From Amphiscolops sp. MND2022 (Eukaryota): a stretch of 64,000 bases of DNA. Every line of letters starts with the position of its first letter. Positions within the stretch are counted from its first letter, which is position 1. The notes under the pieces were generated by a model, which was not told the DNA's origin, did not search any database, and was given only the letters and a program-made list of their open reading frames with translations. Positions 1-13,030 of the stretch are shown in pieces. A program made the position numbers and the translations under genes. Where the stretch lies: assembly GCA_964187785.1 (NCBI GenBank), contig OZ076409.1, forward strand, positions 56,112,001 to 56,176,000, written 5' to 3'.

Positions 1-212
1 AGTTAAAAAGGTTTTCTCGAACTCGAAAACTTCTCTTGTTTCGACCTTTCTGTTTAACATTTAATATTCATTAAGCCGCACATTAAAAAAATACCTATGC
101 AGTACACCTTCAAAAAATGCAGTACACCTCCAACAAGAAAAACGAACGGAGAAACACATCTAAAAGATCACATGTGTTCGACGTTTCATGCAAAAATTAA
201 CTTTTGTCAGAC

Positions 213-700
213 ACAAGCCGGGACCGCCCAAGTCGGCGGCATATCAAAGGCTCGAAACAGCAAAAGGACTTCAGAGTGTCAAAGTATTGGTGAATTCGGG
301 ACCCTTTGTTGAAATTTGTTTCGAACAAAAGTCTCACAATGCCGAAAAAACTGAAAGGGGAACCCTTTGGGATTTTTCAACATCCGTTCTCTCGCAAAAC
401 TCCGAAAAAATTGAAGGGATACCCATTGGGGATTTTTTTGTTTTAAAATAATGTCACCAAATGCCGAAAAAAACCCCAAAGGTGGACCCTTTAGTCTCGT
501 TCGGTATTGTATGTTACAAGGAAAAAAGGAAAAACTTTTTTGATTCTGTTCGCTAGGCCGAATGGTTCAATTTGACATCATAAATATTTCTTGAACTTTT
601 AGAACTATTTCTGTCACTTCAGGTGTATCGAAAAAGAATCTTTGACGAAAAACCATGACTATAGTCGACTCTTTTTTTTCAGAAAAGCGCCGACTAAAAA
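213..700 (-). mobile_element. Helentron-type non-autonomous element (HINE/DINE-like), family 1
   Basis: On the minus strand it starts TTTTAGTCGGCGC (subterminal IR) and ends with the reverse subTIR GCCGACT, a short GC hairpin and CTTGT. There are about 20 related copies or fragments in the window. Confidence 0.75.
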
Positions 701-1764
701 GTTGCTACTTCTTTAGGTATGTTTGTGCCTTTTTTCGAATATCTCAACCAGTAAATTTTCTACGGAACTATTTTTTTGGTGGTGTTGGTGGTTGTTTTTC
801 GTGGAAGAACTTCTATCTTTTGGATAAAAATCCAGAATATGGAAAAATTGTGAAAAAAGCAGCCATGTAGTAACTTTTCATTTAAAATGGGAATATGAGC
901 AAAAAAGATTTTCTAAGATACGTTGTCTTGGGGCCCTAGCAAAAACATGACAACAAAAGAAACTTCAAGAGGAATTTTTTATTGTTTCTGCGATAGCCGG
1001 AACATTATAGAAATTTGGATTACGTAACTTTTTTCAGCTTAATTTTCTTCGTGATCCGAGTACAAAATTCAGATATTTTGTTCAGCAGTGAGTATAATTT
1101 TTTTTGTTTTAAAATAATGTCACCAAATGCCGAAAAAAACCCCAAAGGTGGACCCTTTAGTCTCGTTCGGTATTGTATGTTACAAGGAAAAAAGGAAAAA
1201 CTTTTTTGATTCTGTTCGCTAGGCCGAATGGTTCAATTTGACATCATAAATATTTCTTGAACTTTTAGAACTATTTCTGTCACTTCAGGTGTATCGAAAA
1301 AGAATCTTTGACGAAAAACCATGACTATAGTCGACTCTTTTTTTTTCAGAAAAGCGCCGACTAAAAAGTTGCTACTTCTTTAGGTATGTTTGTGCCTTTT
1401 TTCGAATATCTCAACCAGTAAATTTTCTACGGAACTATTTTTTTGGTGGTGTTGGTGGTTGTTTTTCGTGGAAGAACTTCTATCTTTTGGATAAAAATCC
1501 AGAATATGGAAAAATTGTGAAAAAAGCAGCCATGTAGTAACTTTTCATTTAAAATGGGAATATGAGCAAAAAAGATTTTCTAAGATACGTTGTCTTGGGG
1601 CCCTAGCAAAAACATGACAACAAAAGAAACTTCAAGAGGAATTTTTTATTGTTTCTGCGATAGCCGGAACATTATAGAAATTTGGATTACGTAACTTTTT
1701 TCAGCTTAATTTTCTTCGTGATCCGAGTACAAAATTCAGATATTTTGTTCAGCAGTGAGTATAA
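432..1764. repeat. Near-perfect tandem duplication, period about 666 bp
   Basis: 432-1097 is repeated at 1098-1764. The differences I can see are homopolymer lengths. Confidence 0.95.
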
Positions 1765-2076
1765 GCGTCAGATTTATATTTTTGAAGCTGCCGACAACCA
1801 TTCTCGTGCGATAGAACGAGCTATCGCGGTACGCTGAAATACTCGAGTGTTAACTATTCGTAAAGCCGAGAGCTTCGACTGCATTCAAATGCGAATGCGA
1901 AACTTCGTGTACGCTTAGTTGTTGTATTTTCTTTAGTCCGAGAAGAATTAAAGGCCGCACAAACTGCTTGAGTGATTAACTGTGCGCTATATAAATGATT
2001 AAGAAATGCTTCTATTATTGAACATGATTGCCTAAAAGCAGAAATAATACTGTGCCCCGCAAGGACCTATTTTTTT
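1642..2076 (+). mobile_element. Helentron-type non-autonomous element, family 3
   Basis: 5' end TTTTTTATTGTTTCTGC; 3' subTIR AAAGCAGAAATAAT, then a degenerate GCCCC..GGAC hairpin and CTATTTTT. Homologous to 21793-22389 and 25895-26378. Confidence 0.65.
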
Positions 2077-2157
2077 CATAGGATCTTTCATGGAATTTTT
2101 ACAGGACCCTAATATTTGCTCGCTTGTGACCATGCTTTTCTTAAACCTATCTGGTTA

Positions 2158-2521
2158 CCCTGGTTGAGAAAAAATGTTTTTCTCACAAGGATCTTGCAAG
2201 AATCTTACGGGATCTTGTAAAATAACGCATTTTCCTGCTATTCCTTGGAAGAATTTTGCACTGATCTTGCTCAAAATGCGTTCCTAGCAAGATCCTTGCT
2301 AGCAATGCATTCATTGCAAAGATCTTGCTAGATTTTTGCAAGTAATCAATTCCCTTGTAAGATCTCGCAAGGTAATGTTGCCTTCGAAAATCTTACAAGT
2401 ATTGAAATTCTTTGTAAGATTCTTACAAGGATAACATTTTCTTGCACAATCTTTCAAGGAATGTATAAAATGCAAGGATCTACCAAGATCCTTGCAAGAT
2501 TACTTTCTTTCTCAGACAAGG
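2158..2521. mobile_element. MITE with CCCTGG-type ends and many internal AAGATCTTGC-like motifs
   Basis: Left end TA-CCCTGGTTGAGAAA, right end TTTCTCAGACAAGG-TA. Related motif-rich fragments lie near 3317-3580, 5120-5184 and 7020-7260. Confidence 0.5.
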
Positions 2522-4663
2522 TAGCTCTCTGCAATTATCACGAACTGAAACCTTGGTTGTAGTGATCAAAGATTTCCTTGTCACAAGATTCCAACGTTTA
2601 ATTGACTAGTTTATCGGTTCATAATTCATTATGAATGAAGGAAAACCCTCATGAGAAATAGAAACAATGAACGAAAATGCGAAACATTCATCATTTCACT
2701 TTCATATTCCATTATCTACTGTCAACTCTGTGCTTCTCCAGCGGTTAATTGCTCTTGCTTCTCAGCTGCAGCTGATTTTTAATTCTTCTGAAAGCAGTAT
2801 TTAAGATTACGTAAGTTTTGATCTCAAAAACCCCGCCTTCTTAAATACGTTGGTACTCGTTTTAGAGTTTTGGTATCAATTTGAACAAAACACATCCAAA
2901 GATTTTAATTTGGATACCAATGATTTGTACAAAAAACAAGAAGTTAGCTAAGCAACGGGATATTGTCCCCTTTTTGATTCATTTCTGAGCAAAATTTGAA
3001 CAATCGGACTTCGATTGAATCTTCAAGATTTTAATGCGCGTTTTCGAAGTTTGAAGCTAAAATCCAAACCCATGCCACAATTGAATTTGGCACATTTTGC
3101 AGGCTTTCAGGCACTTTCAAAACTAATGAAAAGTCTTTATAAACACCTATACTACGAACCTGATTTTATCATCGTTGAAACATGTGAAAGAAACTCTGTA
3201 TTTTGCGTATAAAATTAGAGGATGCAAGCAATATTGTAATAAAAGATAGCAGAGTTTTATATTTTTGAATTGAAATGTTTCACATTACGCTTTAAATAAT
3301 ATTTAAGGACAAGCTTCCCCAGTCGAACTTCCATACAGTTTCTGCAAGAATCTGTCAGATTTCACTTCCAAGACCTTGGAAGACATTGCATAATTCTAGC
3401 AGGTATCTTGGAAGAAAATGTCTGATCTTGCAAGATTTTATAAGATGTCCGAATCTTGGAAGTAACTGAGAAGAAAATACCTGACTTTGGAAGTAAATTC
3501 GAAGAAAATGCCTGATTTTCGAAGTAACTTGGAAGAAAATGCCAAATGCCTTAATCTTGAAAATACCTAGGACAATGAGTTTGAAATAATTCAATTGAAA
3601 AATTTTTACAGCATCAGCAAAACAAATATCAAGATAATATAAATATGTACAAGTATTTAAGGAGCATCACACGTATTACAGCATAAGAGTTCGACATTTG
3701 TCTAAAATTACCATTCTCATTGGATCAGCAAATGTCTAAAAACATTTGCGTCAAATTTGATTGAAGGTCCGTCTCAGCTTTACAGTGTATTACGAAAACT
3801 TTTATGAAATTCTACTTTCAAACTTTTAAAGAAATAAAATTTTTTGTTGCAAATTCGTCTGTTCTCAAAACTGTTTAATGGCCAATTTGCACAGTCGGTC
3901 AATCGATTCAGCACTAATATTGTCATCTTCAGTGACATCATAGGTTGTTATATCACTCGATTCCACAATTTCAGGCCGCGTGAATGTCTCTGGAGCATAG
4001 TTGCTACACAACCAAAAATGACACATTTGATTGATGCTTTACTATCATCTCAGCTTATCTGAAAATTATTATCAAAATGGGAGTTTCAATGCTTGAATAG
4101 AACAAAGACGACAATGGTGATATCCGAATTCTGAACTTAGTTCAGTAACAAAATATTTTAACCCTAAATAGCCTAGCGGTACTTGAAGAAGCCTACCTTT
4201 TTCAACTTCTGACCCGTTTTGCCAGTAGTCCACATTCTCGCAGTTTTCATTCCACATTTTTTTGGTGGTACCGTGTTTGATTTTGATGCAATTTCTTAGA
4301 AAATCTCACGGTGCTGGACTATACTTGAATTTCTCGTACCATCTTGTTACATGGAATAGTTAACTTGTCGAAGTGTGACCTTTAAAACCAGCTTATCACG
4401 GAAACAGTACTGCGGAAACAGCGAGTTTCAACAAAATTATCTAGTCTTTTGAATGATTTTCGTTTTTAATTTTGATTGAAGCTCTAACAAAACATTTCCA
4501 GAAGATTTGATCACAAAATATAAACTTTGATGATTTCAGTTTGATGGTTTTGCTGTTTCGATAGTAGTTGAACGGTAAACGACCTTAGTTGCTCTTTAAC
4601 AAGTAATTGGTTTTTGAAAAAAAGTTTTTCCTTTGAATTGCTACAAGTTTGCATTGCTCTCAG

Positions 4664-4891
4664 GCAGCAGTACCCCCATATCTCACCCAGTGGGTCAACC
4701 TACTCTTCATTGCGCAATGTGCTTGGCCTAACCCCTGGACACCAGGTAGACATGGTGCAACAACACCAACAGCAGCAGTACCGACACACACTCGCCTCTA
4801 ACAGGAACCCCCCTCTCTTGATGACAAGCGGCATCTCCAACTCGTCACCGCATCCGAGAATGCAAGTGGACCCTACTACCCCCAAACAAAC
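4664..4891 (+). CDS. Candidate isolated internal exon, low-complexity Q/S/P-rich, unknown gene
   Basis: GC-rich island bounded by ctcag and gttagt. It is 228 nt, open in one frame (QQYPHISPSG...TTPKQ) and symmetric in phase. No partner exons identified. Confidence 0.35.
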
Positions 4892-5945
4892 GTTAGTAAA
4901 GCAATTCAAAATTGAGTTTTAGCACAGATACTCTTGGAACCGATATGATTGTTAATATTTTCGAAGTTATTATGCTGAGCGGTTTCTGCAGGTAATTAAT
5001 TGGTTAATCATAATAATTCTATATTGTTTCGGATCCGGGTAACTACTTTTTAGTAGCTTCACAAAACCTGAGAAGCATTCTTGACATGTATTTTTACAAG
5101 CAGTCCAAAAGGTAGAGTTGTTTGTAATGCAAAAACGTTTCCTTGGAAGATCTTGCAAGTAATGTGGTTTTTTGTCAACCAGGGAATTGCTAGTTAAAAC
5201 TGTAGACTATTAGAAGCAAAAGCATCAGAAAAATATGAACGAACGAAGTGCTAGTAGAGTCAAATATAGTAGAGTCAAAACACAAAAAGACTAAAGAAGT
5301 CGCATTTTATTATGTTAAACCACAATACCAAATTAAGAAAATATCCAATATATAACGGTATGGCTTGCCCCAATGTTGGATATTTCGGCACCTTGGACAT
5401 ACAGTATTGGATAATGTATCTTTGGTTACACTATCTGTATCCTGTGATCTGAGAGAAAAAGGAACTTACCAATAATAGTCTTGCCTTCCTTGACCAGGGG
5501 AGATACGCCCAAATCAGCGAGAAAAGCCTTCAGGATGTTTTACTCGCTCGATCACTCGGACAGCGATGATTGACAGTAAAAAACGTCGATGTTTGTCTGT
5601 AAGTATTGCATGTGCTTGCTAGGCTTTTAGCAAATGTTCGCATGATCATAACTTCTCTGATGAAAATGGTAGCATAATTCACAATCACTTCATGTTAGCT
5701 CGTGTATCCATTATCAGCCTTAGATTCACTGGGCCTAATCAAGCTTCAAATTTGTCTGATTTATTAGTTTATTAATTCAGAGTTGTTTTAATAATAAAAC
5801 TTTCCTACTCTATAGAACTTTTTGGAAGCATCAAATGCAAAATACAGTGAAAACTTAGTCACGTTCAATAAAATGGCGGACGAATGTTAACCACCCCACC
5901 ATACCCTTAAGAAGCAGAGGCCCACAAAGCATACTTACTATGCCG

Positions 5946-6188
5946 TTTATTATTTTCCGCCCATATTTCATATGGGAAAGAAAAATATTTAAATCAAACG
6001 GGTTTTTTTTACAAAATTTGCCAAGAATTATTGTTTACGTAATATGAAGAAGTACATTCACAGAATTCAACTGACATAAATTTAGTTCCATGCGATATGT
6101 ATTTGTAAAGATTTTTGGAGTTAAAACGATTTTGTTGCTCAAATGATTTGGGGCGGAAAATATCCCGCTGGTCCGAGGGCGTTTTGTT
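5946..6188 (+). mobile_element. Helentron-type non-autonomous element, family 2
   Basis: 5' TTTATTATTTTCCGCCC; 3' subTIR GGGCGGAAAATA, then hairpin and TTTTGTT. Homologous ends at 31046-31391, 32630-32848 and 35678-35925. Confidence 0.65.
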
Positions 6189-8039
6189 CTAAGTTAGTTT
6201 GGAAGCAACTATAAATTCTTAATTCTACAAACTGCAGAACAATTTAGCCAATACAGGAATACTTTGCGCCACCTAAATTCGAAAACTTTTGGGGTGCGAA
6301 AATTGTTTCTAATGAGCAAATAAAATTGAATGCTAAAAATTGAATGAATTTTTGTTTGAAATCGAGTCACGCGAAAACTACGAAACGAGGCCCAATTGCA
6401 TGGTAAACTTCGATTGCAAAAATACGAAACGTCAAGAATGTTGATTACTTTTTGAGAAGAAATAAGGTTACCTCTGAGTCAGCACACTTGCTCCGCTCTC
6501 AGCGCTTGGGTTTCTTCGCCAGCTTAATTTCCAAACAATTTGAACATAAATCTTTTCGAAATCTTGTCTTACGTAAGACAAGATTTATTTATGGAATTGT
6601 ATAGGACATGCTACAATGCACTAAATCAATGCTATTCAATAGTTAAATAGAAATGTTTGATGAACGGGCCAAAACTTGATAGGCAATTTTTTAACTAGCT
6701 AATTTTAGCATTAATAAATAACAACTTTTCAGCTTATTAGGATGTTAATGTAGGTTTGTCATAGTAGCCGGGCATTACTAATGGTATAAAGTGATATAAA
6801 TGGTACAAAATTTGTTTCGTTTCAGGCAGGAGATAGCTGATCGTTCATAGGCCGAGAATAGAAGCAAAAAAAGTTCGGCAACACTCAACAACTTTGTAAC
6901 TTAATTTTCGAATGAAGAATGTAATTTAATTTGTATTATTCAAATGATTAATTGAAATTCAAATAAAGCTTTTTCTAGCCTTTTGTGACCAAACACAATC
7001 TAGATCAAAAATGAACTCCTGTCTAGCAAGAATTTTGCTGCAAAAGATACCCAGAATGTCTTCAACGTGAAACTTGATTGCACGTTCCAGAAATTTAGTC
7101 TTTTCAAAGAATCTGTGCATTCATTCTTGCTCATTTAACCCTGGGTATAAAAAACATGCCTTACAAGTTTATTGTAAGAATCTTACAGAATCTTTCTTTT
7201 TAGAAGATTTTTCCACGACAATTCACCTTTTGCAATTGCCTAACAAGAGGATCTTACGTTTCAAAACATACACGTCAGTGGTTCGATCGCTACTAAGATT
7301 TAACGCTGTCGCTAGCTAACGCTCTGAATTTATCTCTCTGATGTTGTCTGAATTATTCATATCTCCGCGAAATCGTTGTTTTCGTTCGGAAAAAGCTTTG
7401 CTGACTTCCTGAATTGAGTATGTAAACAAAGTATTCTTGATTGACTTTTTCATTTATCATGAATGTAGACACTGAAAGCGAAGAGCATCGACTTTTGAAC
7501 TTTGACTGCTTTCTCTTGCAGACCTTGTGAAAAATTATCATGAGAGAAAATTTGAAATTATAAAACTACCCGTTAAAAACAAAAATCAGCTGCAGCCAGC
7601 TATCGCTTCTGATAATTAGAGGTGGCGATAGCTGAGTTCCGCTTAGCGGTCAAACCACTGATACATGTACACTTAGCTATTCTTTTTGCAAGTATAGTGG
7701 AAAATTTATATTTTGAATTTTCTGGGGAGGACCAACAAACACGAGAAATTGCAGAAAAACCAAAATGAGTATCAAATTCATGGATGATACACGGATGATA
7801 CATCGAAGATTGTTGTAGATTTGAAAACCGCAAACTTTCACAATATTCATCTCGAAGGTTTTCGTAATACCTGCCGTGTTAAAGTCAAAGACCAACTTTG
7901 GTATTTCCTGAAAACTATATTCAAAAACGATATTCTAGTTCAAATTGAAAAGACAAAAGTTCGAGACTGGTTTGATGCAAAAATTCGACACTGGTTTGAT
8001 GCGAACGTCTACAAGGGAACCTATTCATTAAAAAAGTGA

Positions 8040-8805
8040 CGGGGATTTTTCGAGGGAAAAGTTGCACAGTGCCGATAATACCCAACACATGGATCCTTGT
8101 TGTTCAAAAAACAAAATATCAACATTTTTTTTCGGAAATGACACAGTGCAGACAACCCAGGGTGAATATTTGGTCTCGTCTACCTTTGCAAACATGAAAC
8201 CTTTTGCAAAATTTTTGGTTCAGTGCGAGATTTGAACCCGTATTCCTGCTTCTCAGACCTCGCGTCAACCAATAGGCCAAGTGGCAGTGAGAAGTTTGTC
8301 AAAATTGAACTTTTGTAAAACTGTTTTGGCTAGTTCAGTGAAATCGAAAAAAAACTGACGAAAAGCCATGACTATAGACGGTCTTTCTTGAAGAACAAGA
8401 CGAGAACGTCTTAAAATCGGCGCCATATCTAAGGCTCAAAAAGCGCAAAACATTTTTTTCTTTCGGAAAATGTCGCATAGTGCCGAAAAATGCAAAAGGG
8501 GGACCCTTCTAACATACATTCTGTTGCAAAATATCAAAAACGTGAAAGGGGGATCCTTTAGGGACATTGAAAATTTTCGAAAAAAAATCGCAGTGCCGAA
8601 AAAAAATCGAAAGGGAGACCCTTTAGTCTCGTCCCGTTTTGTAGGTCACGTTAACAAAGTGAAAAATGAAAGGGGGAACCATTTGCACTAAAATTGATTT
8701 GGCCTGAGTAGTTTCTGTAAAAAGTGGACCTTTCAGTGTGAGGTCTGTCATCCGAAGAAAAAAGGTCAGTCAGAGTCGGGCATTTTTCCCTAGGAGGAGA
8801 AACGA
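8040..8805 (-). mobile_element. Two abutting family-1 HINE copies with a tRNA-like segment
   Basis: ACAAGACGAGAACGTC...ATCGGCGCCATATCTAAGG end at 8395. Minus-strand A box TGGCCTATTGG and B box GGTTCAAATC at about 8222-8288. Confidence 0.6.
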
Positions 8806-9271
8806 GTCTTCTGAATCATTTGCTCTTTGAAGTCATTTCTTCAGCCTTGTAACCTCGGGTTTGTCATTGACTGGATTGTTCTCAGTTGGTACGTAGTTTT
8901 ATTGACTAGCTATCTTTTGTTTGCACTGACGTTAATTTTAGAGCTGCGGTACTGTCTGAAAAAAATCTCGTTGTTCGGACTTTGTATTGTCTGTACTTAC
9001 CTTTTTCTGGAAATTCAACTTATTTGCCGTGAGAGACAGGAGAAATAATACGGCCAAAGACTTCTAGGAGTAAATTCCTGTAAAATCCAGACGACTGAAC
9101 GTGGTTTCAGTGGTTTTGAGACGGCTGTCCATTTTTGTCTCGGAATTAAGGACGGATATAACTATTTGCTATTGGATAGAATAATTATGTCCATTCTATG
9201 TTCACATTACCTCAGGGCAAGGTTAGCATTCTGTATGCCATTCATCATCGTGAATAATTAGCTATTTTGTT

Positions 9272-9467
9272 AACCGAATTTCAAGGTTTAATTTTCATTT
9301 CAAAACAAATAGCAAAGCTACTTGTTAAATGAAATAACTACAGCAATAAGGACATTTCTGCCACCTAATCATTAGTAGGAAGAAATATCCTTATTGCTGT
9401 AGTTATTCCATTCAACAAGTAGTTTTACTTGTTTGACGAAAAAACACTTAAACCTTACCATTCGGTT
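9272..9467. repeat. Fold-back palindrome (about 195 bp), probably a MITE; hairpin-RNA candidate
   Basis: Arms of about 85-90 bp, e.g. CTACTTGTTAAATGAAATAACTACAGCAATAAGGACATTTCT and AGAAATATCCTTATTGCTGTAGTTATTCCATTCAACAAGTAG, around a loop of about 21 nt. Confidence 0.85.
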
Positions 9468-9477
9468 TTTGAGATTA

Positions 9478-11296
9478 ACAAGCCGGAAACGGCAGAAGTC
9501 GGCGCCATATCTGAGGCTCAAAAATAGCAAAATAATTTCAAAAAATCAAGTATTTTCCTCTACAGTACCCGGAAAACTCAAAAGTTGGACCGAATTGGCG
9601 CGCTAAAAGAGGGGGACCCTTTCGGATTTTTAACAACCATTCTGTCGCAAAACATCAAAAAAATGAAGGGGGGACTAAATGGGGTGACTAAAAGGGGGAC
9701 ACTTCATGGAGCGCCGACTAAAAATGGCGTTATTTTTCACGATGAACGACATACAGAATGTAAGGATGCCTATGATAGGATCTTTTTTAGTTTGAACAAG
9801 CCGGGAACAGCCCAAGTCGGCGCCATATCTGAGGCTCAAAAATAGCTAAAGGACCTCAAAGTTTCAAGTATTCTCTTCTAGAGTACCCGCATGAGGAAAA
9901 AAATTCCGAATTTTTTTCGGTCTCCGGTAAGTCGCATAGTGCCGAAAAATGAAAAAAGGGACCTTTGGGAGTTTTCGAACATCGATTCTTTTGCAAAATA
10001 GGAAAAAATAAAGGGGGGACCCTTTGGAGACATTAAAAAAATTTGCGAAAGAAAGTATCACACAGCCGAAAAAACCTGCACAACAAAATTTTTGGTCGAG
10101 GTTGGACTCGAAACCACGTCCTTCTGCTTGGCAGACCTCAAAAAAGTCGTAACCTCTATGCCAAGTGCCAGTAGAAGTTACAAGTGTGGCAGTTAGTGGA
10201 TCATGAAAATTGTAAAAAGTGGACCATTCAGAGTGAGATTGTAGTCTGACGAAAAAGAAAACAAGACGGGAACGTCCCAAGTCAGCGCCATATCTTAGGC
10301 TCAAAAATATTCAAAGAACAACTATTGGAAAAATTTGGAAATTTTTTTTCAAAAAAATTATTTTTGAAATTTTTTTTCGAAAAAAGTATTTTTTAAGTCG
10401 CACAATGCCGAAAAACTCAAAAAGAGGCCATTCAGGCTCATTCAACGTTTTCTACAAACCGAAAACTTCAAAAAAATGCAAGGGGGTACCCTTTGATAAA
10501 TTTCAAAAATTTTCGAAAAAAAGTCGCATAGCAGGGTTGTCAAAAAAACGTTTTTTATCTAAAAAAACAATTATACATGTTTTTATCGAAAAAAAACAGG
10601 TTTTTTTGTATTTTATGTTTTTTTATTTTTCAGCGACACATAGAACATAAGCATCACAAAATGAAACAATTCATTCAAGCTGAGTTCAGTTGCCGGTAGA
10701 GAAAGGCCATTTTGCCGACTTTTTGGGCGTCCAAATTGCTTCGAAGCTTGCCAGTGGCACAATATCTTCGAAACAATCCTGGCATTGCGCTCTGGTTCTT
10801 CCATCGGTTTCAATTTTTTTGAAAAAGGGCCAAATTTGGTCTTTTTTCGACCCATTTCAACCTGAAAAAGATGATTGCACGTAAATTGTTTTAAACAATG
10901 TTTTTTATGGGTGTTTTAAAACATGTTTTATTGGTATGTGTTTTAAAACATGTTTTAAAACATGACAACCTTGTCGCATAGTGCCGAAAAAAAACCCAAA
11001 GGGGGGACCCTTTGGTCTCACCTGTACTTTTGGAAGCAATAAAAAATTTATGGTTTAGTGCGAGAATCGAACCCACGCTCTCCGGCTGGGTCGAAGATGG
11101 AAGATGAACAAATATGAAAGATGAACAAATTGTAAGAAAAGTGGACCACTCAGAGTGAGATTGTCAACTGAAAAAAAAACAAAAAAAACTACTCACTGTA
11201 AGAGTCGGGCTTTTTTCCTTAAGGGAAAAGGCGCCGACTAAAAAACTAGCCACTGTGATAGTCGGGCACTTTTCACTAGAAAAGCGCCGACTAAAA
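9478..11296 (-). mobile_element. Chain of three family-1 HINE copies (9478-9724, 9796-10260, 10261-11296)
   Basis: Each begins ACAAG.CGG..AGTC(G/A)GCGCC on the + strand. The last ends in two successive GCGCCGACTAAAA motifs. Confidence 0.75.
10532..10973. mobile_element. hAT-type MITE nested in a HINE
   Basis: TIR CAGGGTTGTCA / TGACAACCTTG; 8-bp TSD TCGCATAG at 10524-10531 and 10974-10981. Confidence 0.9.
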
Positions 11297-11676
11297 ACAC
11301 ATGGCATTCCATATAATGAATTTGAAAATTCTGTTTTGAGTAAAATTTACAAATAAATTAGACTTAAGCAATAAATAGAGCTCCAATAAACGAGGATACA
11401 AATCTTCATTAGAATTGAATTAGAATAGAAACAGGAAAAAAGCAAACAATAAAGGTAGGTTAAAAACTAAGGTATTTAAAAGGTCCTCTTAAAAATGGAG
11501 CGAAATCTTCTGGAACAACTGCATAATGGTTTTTCGGATAATATCACAAAATGTCAGTCAAATTGTTCAAATGAACAGAAATAGATCTGAAAAATTCGGC
11601 TGACAGATTCTTACATTTTTTTGGAATGACAAAAAATGAGAACCTTAATGGGAAGGCAATGTGGATTGGTGATACA

Positions 11677-12115
11677 CTGGGGTGTGGAACCGTACGGGTT
11701 GAATTGAAATTACGGTTTACGGGTTATCGTCTACGGTTTACGGTTTTAGGGTACGGTTTGAAAAACACTTTTGCTTCAGAAGTATTTAAATTTCTTCATC
11801 AAAAATCTTTGTTATGGTGTTTTCAAAGCACTCATGTTTCTTGCCCCAAAATAGCATTTGAGGGAACGCCCTCTGCAAATTATAGCGTAAAAATATATTA
11901 TTTTGAACGAATTCGTCTTTTAAAGACGTTCTTATTTGAGAATGAACAATTGAATTCGCTCCAAAATTTTCACAGAAACACTGCTGTTAAATGTATAAAA
12001 CAATTCGCTCGTATTTCTCAAAAGTGTACGGTTCGCTTTTTTCACAACTGCGGTTTACGGGTTACGGTTTGGCACTACGGGTTTCGGTCCACGGTCTAAA
12101 AATCCCACACCCCAG
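11677..12115. mobile_element. hAT-type MITE
   Basis: TIR CTGGGGTGTGG / CCACACCCCAG; 8-bp TSD GTGATACA; clustered subterminal ACGGT motifs. Confidence 0.9.
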
Positions 12116-12263
12116 GTGATACAAATCTAAGGTCCACTATGGTAAATATATGCAAACTGAGGAACGTATACTGCGTGGATAAGTAAGCTAAGGTTGAGTT
12201 TTAAAAAGCTGATATCATTGATTTGAGATAAGATTAAGAGTTTTCACTTCAACAGCACCAGTT

Positions 12264-12517
12264 TCATGAATCGGCGACAGTCGACTTAGGGTTCTTGGCG
12301 GAAGAATTCTTGCGAGAAACTGCGGACTCGTTGCTGTCAATAGAGCTGCCTCTTCTACGCGGAGTAACTCGGACAGTTTCGTTCAAGACCAGTTTGTCGC
12401 TGATAGCAAAGTATTGCGCTCGGTTAAGATCACTGAAGGAACTCAAAGATCCGTTATGGAAGTTGATGTTGCCGTAGATTACATACAAGTACTCGAAGGC
12501 AGCAAACAGAGAGTAAG
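12264..12517 (-). CDS. PGAP2: PGAP2/Frag1-like paralogue A, exon 5 (terminal)
   Basis: Acceptor tttcag. AYSLFAAFEYLYVIYGNINFH resembles the PGAP2 motif YTIFAILEYTVVLTNMAFH. Ends at TGA. Confidence 0.85.
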
Positions 12518-12921
12518 CTGAAAGACAATTTACAATCATCAAAACAAAAAATGCTCAAGGTCGATCCCGTTTTTTTAAAGAAAATGTTTTGATGCAATTC
12601 CAGCTTTCAACTACGTTTCATTTCAGTTCAGACACATTTGAAACTCTATGTAGCAAAAAAGCTCAATAGACAACAGATATGATTCATTTTCAGCAAGGAT
12701 CGAAAAACAAGACTTGACTAATACAGCACTTATCATCCCGAGAAACTAAATTTATCATATGCGGATAAAACTACCTTGTTCACCAATGCTACGCATATAT
12801 GGACGGATAAAACTGCCATGTTGAGTAATGCTAGGCATACCGATATCTCCGTGTTGCGTTGATATACCAAGAAATTATTATATTAATGCTAAAATAAGTT
12901 TAAGGCTTATAATTTACTCAC

Positions 12922-13030
12922 CACCAGAAACGCACGAGACAAAGTGGAGGAAAGAGAAAGTGAGGGCCGCAAACAGAATCAAGTTGCCAATGATCAACAT
13001 TCGTTTCAACTTTGCGTAAGCCTTGGCTGC
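12922..13030 (-). CDS. PGAP2: PGAP2/Frag1-like paralogue A, exon 4
   Basis: ccag/gtgagt borders, 109 nt. AAKAYAKLKRMLIIGNLILFAALTFSFLHFVSCVSG is a TM helix plus an H..C..G motif. Confidence 0.85.

Noticed and set aside
4072..4257. Possible hAT dimerisation-domain remnant
   Set aside because: Only a vague DYW..YL..SSE resemblance; key residues are missing.
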